From: Anthoceros angustus
Taxonomy: Eukaryota; Plantae; Anthocerotophyta
Assembly (NCBI GenBank): GCA_010909165.1
Contig: MU008174.1
Location: 806,001 to 870,000, forward strand
Reading direction: 5' to 3'
Length of the DNA: 64,000 bases
Shown here: positions 46,501-56,160 of the stretch, one piece after another
How positions within the stretch are numbered: the first letter of the stretch is position 1
Layout of the letters: every line of letters begins with the position of its first letter
The notes under the pieces: model-generated
Databases searched by the model: none
The model's input: only the letters and a program-made list of their open reading frames with translations
Told to the model about the DNA's origin: nothing
Program-made: the position numbers and the translations under genes

Positions 46501-47405
46501 TGACTTGGAGTGCCATGATCGCAGCATACTCCCAGCAGAACAGAAGCCAGGAAGCACTCCGCCTTTACAAATCCATGCAAGAAGGCAGCGCCGTCGCACC
46601 AGATTCCGTCACATTCTTGTGCCTCCTCCACGCCTGTGCAAACACAGCAGATCTGCATCTCGGAAGGGAGCTACACGCGCAGATATCACAGCAAGGGCTT
46701 CAAGACGACGTCCTCGTAGCCTCCAGCTTGATCAACATGTACGGCAAGTCCGGCAGCATGACCGCCGCAGTGCAGGTGTTCGAGGCCTTGGAAGAAAGAT
46801 CCGACGTCGCCTGGAACGCGCTCATCGCCGGCTACACTCGACAAGGATCCAGCGCCGAGGTCTTCACCTCGTTCCAACGGATGCTGGACGACGGGATCCA
46901 GCCGGCGGGCGTCACCTTCCTCCACATCCTCACAGCATGCAGTCACTCCGGGCTAGTGCAGCAGGGGCAAGAATACTTCCACGCCATGGCCAGCGTCTAC
47001 AACGTCACTCCCGGAGTGGAGCACTACACATGCATGGTGGACCTCTTCGGCCGCGCCGGCCATCTCCACGACGCCTTCACCGTGGTAAGCACCATGCCCG
47101 TCCCTCCCTCTCCCGCATCCTGGCGCGCGCTCCTCTCCGCCTGCCAGAAATGGAGCAACGTGGAGATGGCGCGCCGCGCCTTCGATGCCGCAGTGCAGCT
47201 CGACGAGAAAGACGCCGCGCCCTACGCCCTCATGGCCAACATCTACAGATCCGCGCACATGTGGGAGCAGGCGCAGGAGATCCAGGCCAGGCGCGTGGGC
47301 GCCGGGGCGTGGAAGCGGCCGGGGCAGAGCTGGTGGACGGACATGGCCGGGGAGGTGCACACTTTCTCGGCCGGCGGGTGGAAAGTGGAAAGCCAAGTCG
47401 GGTGA
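43581..47405 (+). CDS. PLS-class PPR protein, E1-E2 plus truncated WW-type end; PPR-4
   Basis: The ORF is open from 43464 with first ATG at 43581. Nine S motifs follow the cap, with a 312-bp DNA period (e.g. 44249, 44561, 44873, 45185). It ends WKRPGQSWWTD..VHTF..SQVG*. Confidence 0.95.
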   Translation: MMAACRVALNSRKGRGPLVGTAFVTPASREWWDYGYCKKSCAGLTSTCESVGTFCEQGQVNEAVEALGVLVQTDSRICHSLFYTVLRSCMFQKDLVLGRRVHAFIVEQGYESDTFLCNHLLRMYSFQARLQEAMDVFSLVVKPDAFMWSSMMSAHVNHGQAKQAIELYHQMRRSSVKPDGHVFVAALQACSRGGDLRAGQQVHADVLASGGEPHLCVGNGLVDMYAKCGSLEDAQKVFDGLGQKDVVTWNAIIAGYSQQSMMQEALRLYRAMEEEGTVAPDSVTYVCLLQACASVDTPALETGKQLHAQIRERGLQANVFVANSLVNMYAKCGSLKEAQRVFDELGKKDVVTWTALIAGYSRQGMGQEALHLYSAMQEEGIAVPNTVTFVSLLQACASVGTPALDQGKRLHAQIGQRGLQADVFVANSLVHMYAKCGSLDDAQHVFDGLGHKDVVTWTALLAGYSQQGLGREALHLFAAMQEEGIAVPNSVTFLSLLQACASVGTPALETGKRLHAQIGQQGVQGNVLVANSLVNMYAKCGSLEDAQTLFDGLPQKDVVTWNAMIAGYSHQGMGKEALRLYRAMQDDGIVAPDSVTFVCGLQACASLGSPALEKGKQLHAHIAQRGLEEADLFVANSLVNMYAKCGSLEDAQRVFDGLGQKDTITWAALLAGYSQHGMGQEALHLYNTMQDDGTAVPDSATFASLLQSCASVGIPALEVGKQLHAQIRERGLEADAGLGSGLVNMYVKCGSLEQAQIVFDRMSEKNVVLWTALISGYSQQGRGQEALRLHRAMKEEGLTAPDAITYACLLQACASVGTPALEAGKQLHAQIKDDGFQADVFVASSLINMYAKCGSMEDARCVFDGLEEKTVVTWNAMVAGYSRQGMGQEALHLHRAMQEEGIPDSVTFVSLLQACASVGTPALHQGKQLHAQIRQAELQNDVFVASSLINMYAKCGSLEDAEDVFNRVAEKTVVTWSAMIAAYSQQNRSQEALRLYKSMQEGSAVAPDSVTFLCLLHACANTADLHLGRELHAQISQQGLQDDVLVASSLINMYGKSGSMTAAVQVFEALEERSDVAWNALIAGYTRQGSSAEVFTSFQRMLDDGIQPAGVTFLHILTACSHSGLVQQGQEYFHAMASVYNVTPGVEHYTCMVDLFGRAGHLHDAFTVVSTMPVPPSPASWRALLSACQKWSNVEMARRAFDAAVQLDEKDAAPYALMANIYRSAHMWEQAQEIQARRVGAGAWKRPGQSWWTDMAGEVHTFSAGGWKVESQVG

Positions 47406-49138
47406 GCAAACCATAGCGTCAGGGTATTCCATGTGGCTTTGTGAGTAGCTGCTGCCATCGCCCTCTCGTAAGGCGCCAACTGGGTGGGGAGCACGCGGGC
47501 TCCTTCTTTTGCACTGCAGTCTTTTGCGCCCCCTCCGGTTTCGGCATCGTAGTTACGAGTTCACAACTCCCCAACTGGAGTCCTGTTCGGGAAAGGATGC
47601 ATCGCACGAGATATAACTCACTGCAGTTACCTCACGCTCGGGTCCGCCCTTCTCGCGGCAGCCTTGTCCGCATCTGCAAAAATGATACAAGCAGAATCTA
47701 CACGTTGCCCACGACCCCCGTGCGATCCGTCCGCGTCAGCTGGGTTTGGTTACCCACGCCGCCCCGGTTAGCCGCACCGGGTAGGATAGCCCGCCCTGCA
47801 GAGCAAAAGGCATCAGGACATCCCTTTCCGTACTCCTCTTAGCCCATGCAAATAATACTTGTTTATATGTACGTCTGTACGTAGATAGCCTTTCATTCTA
47901 TAAAATACAGAATGTTTGTATATTTATATGATAGATTGTTTTTCATATATACATCAAATAGAGATGATCCTATCTATTCTGATCCACTGTAAAAAGGAAA
48001 TCCCCAAAGGATACTATATCTTAGTCGGAAGTTAGAGTTTGTATGTAGGAGAAAAGAAGAAAACAAATTTGATCATACTTCAAAGGTAGATGGGATTTCC
48101 CGTCTCGTCTATTAATAATGTCTACTCTATTCATTATACTTTACTAACGACAATATTAGTTGGTTTGCCGTTCCTATACTTTCAGATCTGTTTTATTTTA
48201 ATTATTTAAATTTTATACTTGAGACTGCTTGTTTTTGTTCCATCATGTTGGAATGATTCTTACATATGCTTTTGGGCATGTTGGAAAATCTTGTGTGACT
48301 TGTTTCCTACCAAACTACTCATTTGATCATCATCGTTTAAACTAATATTATGCACACTATTATTTTTATCATATTAATTTATATTTTATATAATAATAAA
48401 AATAAGAATAGTTATGCAATTTGTAAAGTTTTTAAAGATACTTTTCTATCCACCATTGGTTTGAAAGCGATACCTAGAGGGTGTTCCTAACTATTCATTT
48501 GTAGTATTAATCATGTGATCCACTTATTTATTTATTATTCATATTACGTGTACCAGCAGTTCGTACAAGAGAACTTGACACGCCCCTTCACGCTAGGGAA
48601 TCGACCTGAGGGCTTTTCATATCTTCAATATTAATCATCTTAAGAATAATTATGATTATCTTTAGTATGATTGAGATTTCTCCTTATTTTTTCTTTTTGT
48701 TTGAACACGATGATGTGTATTGATATGTGATTTTTTAAATATATAAATAATATTTTAAAATAGATAAATATGTACATCATTTTTATGAAGTTCGATCAGT
48801 TGGGAGACACATTCTCTCTCTTATTCTTCGGCGTGGCTATGGGTCCAATGTCTTCTTGGCGAACGACATCATCCGGATTTATGCTTCTACTCATATAATA
48901 TTAAAATTTACGATTATTTTCTTCATACTTCATGTTTGCTATAATTGGTTCTATTGACATATATCTCATGTCCTAGTTGATGTTTTCCTAAATCACCTGC
49001 AGCCTTCTGATTCAAGATGTCTAAAATATGTTCTTTGTTATATATAAAACGGATAGATTGAGTATTTATATTTCACTTAATTTAAACCAAAAAACCCTAA
49101 AACACGCACCACCTGTCACAGTGAAAGAAAAGTGTCTC

Positions 49139-49146
49139 CACGTGGC
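49139..49146 (+). promoter_or_regulatory. G-box/ABRE-like CACGTGGC upstream of the DRM1/ARP gene
   Basis: Exact ABRE consensus about 780 bp upstream of the ATG. A TATA-like TTTATAT lies near 49686 and a CT-rich 5' leader follows. Function is untested. Confidence 0.3.
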
Positions 49147-49922
49147 CAACGGTGAAAGAAAAGAACGTGAACTACTTTCTCCATGAATGTTTAGACAAGG
49201 ATTCAAATCTTTCTTAGTGAATGTGTTATTGAGATAAAGATGAAAGAAAAGAATCTGTACTACTTATCTCAATAAATGTTTGGATATGGATTCAAACTTG
49301 GGTCTTTTTAGGTAATTGTATGTATTGAGATGGGGTGCCAAGTCTCATGATAAGAAAACTTCGTCCAAGTGCACTTCAATATACTTCTTCTTCTTATCAA
49401 TTCTAAATAAATATAATTAATATTAATATTAATTGTATTAACTAAGATATAAATAGACATGAAAAATTAGATATACCTGCATATTACTACTACACCTTCC
49501 GTGAGACCAGATTTGGGGAGCTCGGGCCAAGTACCAGGGGCGGGTCGTTAGCAGAGCTTGGGCCAGATAAACCTGGCTAAGTGTCCGGAGGCCCGGACCC
49601 AGGCGCCTCATCCAGCGCGTCAGCAGGGTGTACAACGCGGGCCCACCGGTGGGGAGAGCGGACCCGGGTTAGACCCCGGTTAAGGCTTTATATTGCAGGG
49701 GTCAGGATTGTCAGTCCAGGCATCTTCTTCCTCTTCCTCTTCCTCTGCCTCTGCGCCTCCGCCTGCGTGTCATCCAGCAACTGCGGGCTTCATCCCCTCC
49801 AGCTCCCTGCAGCTCTGCGGGCGTGCTTTGGGAGCGGGGCGAGCTGCAGCGGCGTACGGGAGCTTGAGCTTGTAGTTCTTGCTCCCTTTAAAATTGGATT
49901 GCATTTGTCTTAGTCCGACAGC

Positions 49923-50693
49923 ATGGGGCTTCTGGACAAGCTCTGGGACGATATTGTGGCCGGGCCTCAGCCGGAGAAAGGCCTCGGCAGGCTGCGCAAG
50001 GAAAACTCGCTGCGGCAGGGAGTCATGGACGGCGCAGGTCTCGTTCTTGTCTTGTTGGAGTCCGTAGAGGTGCTGTTGCGAGCTTTGGTGTGGTGTGGAG
50101 AGCGTGGCGGTGCTCCGGTAGCTGGAAGAGCCATGTGCGTGTGTTTCGTTTTCGTTTAGGAGCTGGTTGCATGCATGCTGACGGACGGACGGATGGTGCT
50201 GTGAGTGCAGAATTGGATGAGACTAGCTCCAGAATGATGTATCGGAGGCGTAGTGGAGATTTCCAGTACCAGCAGGACGAGGCCCGGCGTGTGACGCAGA
50301 GCATTTCGATTGCTAAGCCTCCGATGCTCCAGACCGTGTTGCAAGAGGACGCTGCCGGATCCCTCCCTTCTACTCCGGTGGCGCACAGTCCGCTCTCGTC
50401 TTGGCCGTCTCCAAGTAAGCGTTGTTGTGTTAGGACGGCTCTTGGAAGTGGTTTGTTGTGAGGGAGGATGGGAGGAGCTTACGAGTGGTGTGATCTGCTG
50501 TGAGCAGGCCCGAGGGATAGGGACAATATTTGGCGGAGTGTATTCAATTCCGGGAGCAACAGGGCTGTGGATCGGGTCGGATCTTCCAAGTTCGACAAAC
50601 AATCTCCGAACTCTCCCACCGTGTATGACTGGTACGGCTTCCTTGTCTATGTCTCTTCTGCCTGTTCTTCGCAGGTGTGGTGTGGATAGGTGA
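49923..50693 (+). CDS. Dormancy/auxin-associated protein (DRM1/ARP family), 4 exons
   Basis: [26 protein letters not shown]; [13 protein letters not shown]; [27 protein letters not shown]; phase-compatible GT-AG introns. Confidence 0.92.
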
Positions 50694-52306
50694 TGTTTGG
50701 CTTATGGAGGGAGGAGTTTGTGCTAGGGAGCTCGTGAATCTCTTCAGTGGTGTGAGATAGTCGGGTAGCAGCTTCTGAAGCCTATTGTCGAAAGCTGTTA
50801 CTTGTACCCGAAACAAACTATCACCATGCTAAACCTGTAGGTGCGACCCGTGCTGGATTTGCATTGCAGGGTAGTGATCAGTGCCCTGGACAAGTGAAAG
50901 AGAGGAGAGAAGCTGCCGCTGTGCGCGGCAATCCCATTGTGCCCGTAGGCGGGCGAGTATTCCTTTTCTGGGTGGCTCTTGGTGCATCTGAGCGCCGTCA
51001 GTACGGCGCCAGTCCAGGCTGTCTGAGAGTCTCGGTTCACATCTTAAGGATCTCTAGTAATCTGGCCCTCTTCTCGTGTCATGCCGACATGCTTGGTGCA
51101 GGCTGTACTGTGGGGACACAAAAGTGTAGTTGGCGCTGAAGAAGGAAGCATCAGTGCATGTATCATATGCTTTTTCCATGCTCTGGGAAGAGCAGGGATG
51201 TGAGGAATTTGGTTGTAGCAGGGGTGCGCAAGCACTCCTGCTTGTGTGAATATGTTGGAGGGGATGCCAGATCAAGCCCATGAAGGAACGGGTGTTTTGG
51301 GCGCGGCAACAACGATAGTTGCTCTGCGCTCACTTGGAGTGAGCTCTCGTCCAAGTGAGCTGCCGTTGCTGTGTATTTCAGCAACATCTCAGGCACCGTC
51401 CCATTTGTACAATTCCAGTATTCGAAGCGTGGAGGTGGTGTCTTTCTCTCCCGATTTTTGTAGGGAGAGTAGAGAGAAGTGGTCGGGTGTACAGTTTTGC
51501 GAGGCTTGGGAGAGGGTACCAGGTACCATCTATCTTGGGAACTTCAGTTTGCAATATGTAACATAAATAAGTCGTGGACATGTTCCGTGACGCCTTTTCG
51601 TAACCTGAGTGGACTGATTCTCTCTTCTGTGGCTTGCTCACTTTTGGGGCCTGTTCACGAAGGATTGTTTACCTTCTGTAGGCTTTACATTGACTAACGA
51701 GCATTGGTGTTGTAGAATATTGTACACACCCCAGCTTTCCTTGGTAAATTTCAGTCAAGCCAGCATACTTTAAGATACCTTGGCTCCAGAATGCACAAAA
51801 GGCCTGTGAGAAGATAGGTAGCGTGTTTGCCAGTTTGCCCAAGCTGTCCTGACATGTGGTGCGTCACAGCGACCAACAGAGACTATAATAAGCCTTGGGC
51901 GGAAGCCTTACAGCAAATGAAAGTTGTTGAAGACTCGGGACCTGGTCCAGTCTATGCACCACGTCCCTGCTGATGACACGAGCACCAGGACGAACGTCTT
52001 ACCAATCTTTTATGCTATCCTTGTCCCTTCCTCTTGTTCCACAGCCAGAATAGAAATCGTGAATGACCTATTTCTTCAGTTTCGCAGCCTGCAACAGATG
52101 ACAAACAAAGGTTACCAACAGAATATGCACAATTGTTTTCATTAGCTGGCAAGGTTATCTGTGAAGCAACAGCTGCATAGCTGGAGCTAAGGGCAAATTT
52201 TGACGAGGCAGAGAGAAGAGTTGAATCACCTGGAGAATGTGGGACGAGGGTTCTGGAAGTTTGTGCAGATAAGAGCGGTGTCGGATGGGATAACGCAACT
52301 TACGTG

Positions 52307-55279
52307 TCACTGGTTATCCCCACATGAACAGAACCCATCCACGAAACGGTGAACGGAATGTGCATCTCTAACTATGATCTCCCTCTTCTCAATCCTTGAC
52401 ATGATCTTGGTGCCGCTGTGGCAGTCATCACACATACGCAGATTCTTGGTGACCAGCAACGTTGTGCCGTCTGGGGTGTTCAAGAGCCCATACGCTAATG
52501 CTAGTTTCTCAGCATGGCCACACAAGGCATCTTCCTTCTCACTGTCAGACAATGGCTTCAACACCAACTCTGTGTGGGGTATATGGCCTCCTTCCTGCTT
52601 CAATCGTACGTTCACATTTGAAAGCTTTGAGGAGATGTCTTCCCTTTCCTCCCCCACTGTGAAGCCGTGAACCTTCCTGTTCACCTCAATCCACGCTTTT
52701 GCTGGCTTCTTCCGAGCACCTGCTGACTTTCTCAGCTTCTCTACCGTATCGACATCCTTCCATCTGCCGGCATTTGCATACATGCTTGCCAAAAGCACGT
52801 ATGCTGCTGCATTCTGAGGGTCCAGTTCCACAAGGGAATCGAAACAGCGCTTCCCACGCTCCATGTCCCCATAGCTTTTGCAGGCAGTCAGCAGAGATGT
52901 CCAACCTGCAGCAGCATTCTGGAAAGGCATTGTTCTCAACAGATTCTCCGCCTCGTCTAGACGTCCGGATCTGCCGAGGAGATTAACCATACAGTTGTAG
53001 TGATGCACAGAAGGGGTGATGTCGTAGTCCTCCTCCATCATTCTGAAGAAGTGCCGACCCTCCTCCACCAGGCCTTCGTGACTGCATGCTGCCAGAAGGC
53101 AGATGAAAGTGGCATCATTGGGCCGCACACCCTGCTGCTGCATCGCTCGGAAGCACTGTAATGCATTTCGACCATCTTTATGTTGCCCATAGCCATTCAG
53201 CAGTGCAGTCCATGTCACCACATTCCTGCTCTGCAAGCTGTCGAAAACTCCTTGGGCTTCCTTCAGGCTGCCACACTTTGCATACATGTCCACCAGGCTG
53301 CTCCCGATAACCGGATCGCCTTCCAATCCCCTTTCTTGAATTCGTGCGTGTATTTGCTTTCCCTGATGTAACGCTCCGATGCTGGCACATGCCTTCAAAA
53401 GGCACACGTAAGTGACAAGGTCTGCTGGCGTGAGGCCCTCCTCTTGCATGCTTGTGTACAGATCAAGGGCTCCTTGACCAAGCCCTTGTTGGGAGTAGCC
53501 TGCAATCATGGTAGTCCATGTGACCACATCCTTGAGCTGTAAAGCCTTGAACACTGTGTGAGCATCCTCCAGGCTCCCGCATTTTGCGTACATGTCCACC
53601 AGACAGTTACCAAGCACCACATCAATGTCAATGCCTCTTTCTTGAATCTGCAAATGAATGGCCTGGCCCTCACGCAATGCTCCGATGCCAGCACATGCTT
53701 TTAGGAGGCACACAAAGGTGACATGATCCGCTGGAGTCAATCCCTCCTGCTGCATGCTAGCATAAAGGTTAAGGGCCTCTTGACCGAGCCCATGCTGTGC
53801 ATACCCTGTGATCATGGTAGTCCACGTCACCACGTCTTTTGATGGCAGCTTGTCAAACACTCTACGAGCATCCTCTAGGCTCCCACATTTTGCATACATG
53901 TCCATAAGGCTGTTTGCAACCACCATTTCTGCTTCCAGTCCTCGTGTTTTGAGGTGGCAATGGAGATCTTTACCTTCCCGCAAAGCTCCGATGCTAGCAC
54001 AGGCTTTGAGTAGGCAGACAAATGTAACATGATCAGCCGGAGTAATTCCCTCTCGCTGCATACTTTCATACAGAGCCAAGGCTTCTGAAGCAAGCCCCTG
54101 CTGCGCATATCCTGTGATCATTGCAGTCCATGTCACCACATTTTTAGTGGGCAACCTGTCAAAGACGCTGCGGGCATGCACTAAGCTGCCACATTTAGCA
54201 TACATGTCTACCAGACTGCTGCCTACGACCACATCAATTTCCAGGCCCTTTTCTCGAATCTCGGAATGAAGCTGCTTTCCATGATGAAGAGCTCCAACAC
54301 TAGCAGATGCTTTTAGGAGGCAAACAAAAGTAATCTTATTGGGCGAGGAGATGCCCTCGAGCTGCATACTTGCATAAAGATTGAGGGCCTCCTTACCAAG
54401 CCCGTGTTGGGCATATCCTGCAAGCATAGCATTCCAGGTAACAACATCTTTCGTGTGCAGTCCTTCAAACACACGATAAGCATCCTTTAAGCTCCCACAT
54501 TTTGCATACATGTCCACCAAGCTGTTTCCAACAAACAGATCAGATTCTAGTCCTCTGGCCTGAATCTCGGAATGAAGTTCCTTCCCTTGGCGTAAACCCC
54601 CAATGCTAGAACATGCCTTCAGTAGTGATACATACGTAACAGGATCAGCCATAATGGTGCCCTCCTCCTGCATACTAGAATAAAGGGAGAGGGCCGCTTG
54701 CCCAAGCCCGTGCTGGGCGTACCCTGCGAGCATCGTATTCCACATTACCACATTTCTAGTCGGCCAGTTGTCAAACACTCTACGAGCATCCTTCACGCTT
54801 CCACATTTTGCATACATGTCGATGAGGCTGCTGCCCACATACACGTTCGGATCTTCAACACCCTCTAAAACATCTGCGTGAATTTGCTTGCCAGATGCCA
54901 GATCAGCTGCAGTGGCACAGGATTTAAGCGCTGCCACAAATACATGGTTGCTTGGCTTCACGGGGGACTGCCTCATTAGCTGATACAGCCGAATTGCCTG
55001 AGTTGGCTGGTTGTGTTCAGCATGTGCCGAGATAATGGAAAACCACATTGACGGGCTTGGTGCATCCAATTTTGTGAACACCTCTGTCGCCTCCTGCAAA
55101 TTCCCATGAGAAGCATACATGCGGATGATATGGCTTGCCAAGAATTTGTTCGATTGGTACCCACTTTTAAGAGTAAGGACATGGATATGCCTGCCAACAT
55201 CACCATCTTTCTGGACAGTACACCTTTTGAGAACACGATAAAACAGAGACGCAGGAACAGAAGATCCTTGGCTGACCAA
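52307..55279 (-). CDS. PLS-class PPR protein with a complete DYW:KP-type deaminase domain (candidate U-to-C editing factor); 5' end unresolved
   Basis: E1/E2, then KKPAKAWIE, CGHAEKLALAYGLL, KNLRMCDDCH and HRFVDGFCSCGDNQ*. The frame is open to 55381 but has no ATG before the first S motif, so an upstream exon is needed. Confidence 0.95.
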   Translation of the reverse strand: MVSQGSSVPASLFYRVLKRCTVQKDGDVGRHIHVLTLKSGYQSNKFLASHIIRMYASHGNLQEATEVFTKLDAPSPSMWFSIISAHAEHNQPTQAIRLYQLMRQSPVKPSNHVFVAALKSCATAADLASGKQIHADVLEGVEDPNVYVGSSLIDMYAKCGSVKDARRVFDNWPTRNVVMWNTMLAGYAQHGLGQAALSLYSSMQEEGTIMADPVTYVSLLKACSSIGGLRQGKELHSEIQARGLESDLFVGNSLVDMYAKCGSLKDAYRVFEGLHTKDVVTWNAMLAGYAQHGLGKEALNLYASMQLEGISSPNKITFVCLLKASASVGALHHGKQLHSEIREKGLEIDVVVGSSLVDMYAKCGSLVHARSVFDRLPTKNVVTWTAMITGYAQQGLASEALALYESMQREGITPADHVTFVCLLKACASIGALREGKDLHCHLKTRGLEAEMVVANSLMDMYAKCGSLEDARRVFDKLPSKDVVTWTTMITGYAQHGLGQEALNLYASMQQEGLTPADHVTFVCLLKACAGIGALREGQAIHLQIQERGIDIDVVLGNCLVDMYAKCGSLEDAHTVFKALQLKDVVTWTTMIAGYSQQGLGQGALDLYTSMQEEGLTPADLVTYVCLLKACASIGALHQGKQIHARIQERGLEGDPVIGSSLVDMYAKCGSLKEAQGVFDSLQSRNVVTWTALLNGYGQHKDGRNALQCFRAMQQQGVRPNDATFICLLAACSHEGLVEEGRHFFRMMEEDYDITPSVHHYNCMVNLLGRSGRLDEAENLLRTMPFQNAAAGWTSLLTACKSYGDMERGKRCFDSLVELDPQNAAAYVLLASMYANAGRWKDVDTVEKLRKSAGARKKPAKAWIEVNRKVHGFTVGEEREDISSKLSNVNVRLKQEGGHIPHTELVLKPLSDSEKEDALCGHAEKLALAYGLLNTPDGTTLLVTKNLRMCDDCHSGTKIMSRIEKREIIVRDAHSVHRFVDGFCSCGDNQ

Positions 55280-56160
55280 GAGGTCCAGTACTTCTACAGT
55301 CTCATGCAGTTTTCTCTCCTCACACTGAGTACTCCATATCCCAACCCTTGAAGCCTCTTCATCCCTTGCAACCCTGCAACATCATGAAGACTGTCAGAAC
55401 AACTGGGTTCTATTTCGAGGAAAATGCAGCTCAGAAGGGGAGAGGAGGATTAAACCTGCAACTGCTCTCCCAATCCGAGAACCCATCTTCATAGGATGCC
55501 TTAGACCTACTAATCGTCTGTGGTGGTAGAAAAAATTCCTCCTCCGTTCTGCTGTGATTGCGGTTCCTCTGCAATACTGCACATCTTTAGATCCCCTCTC
55601 CACCGATACACAGCCCAAATTTGTTGCGTTCACCTCAGATGGCAATCCAACAATTTCTGGGCAGCCGAATTACCTGAACAGTGTCTTGCCACCACTGGGA
55701 AGGATCGGTTTCCCACAATGCATCCTTTGCACTTTGGTCGCCTGCAGGCCAACTTCATGTAAGATTCTGCCACCGCCTCGGCTGCATCTGAAAGCAAAAA
55801 CTACGTGAACTCCATCCACACAGGCGATCACTCACCAGGCCCTGTTGCATGTTTGCGTTGCTCCGCTGCGCCCTGCAATGCTGATACGTACCTGCACCAA
55901 TCCTCCACAGGGCCGCGAGAACTGGGTTTGATTGATATCAGGTTGGATAGAATCAGACTCCCACCTTTCAGCATTTGTGCTGGTTCCCGGCACATCCAAG
56001 TCAGGAGCACCAGAGCTCAGATTCAGCGGTAGAGACGCTTCTTATACTCAATTCCTGTGCCATAGCTAGCCCAGACTGTATTCGAGTAGATGTATCCTTA
56101 TGTCTCTGTGAAGGGGAAAAATGGCTGCGTGATTGGAAACTGCCCACCACCCGGATCAGC

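Noticed and set aside
47850-49450. Very AT-rich tract as a possible organellar insertion
   Set aside because: No organellar gene, tRNA or rRNA remnants were recognised; it looks like decayed intergenic or TE sequence.
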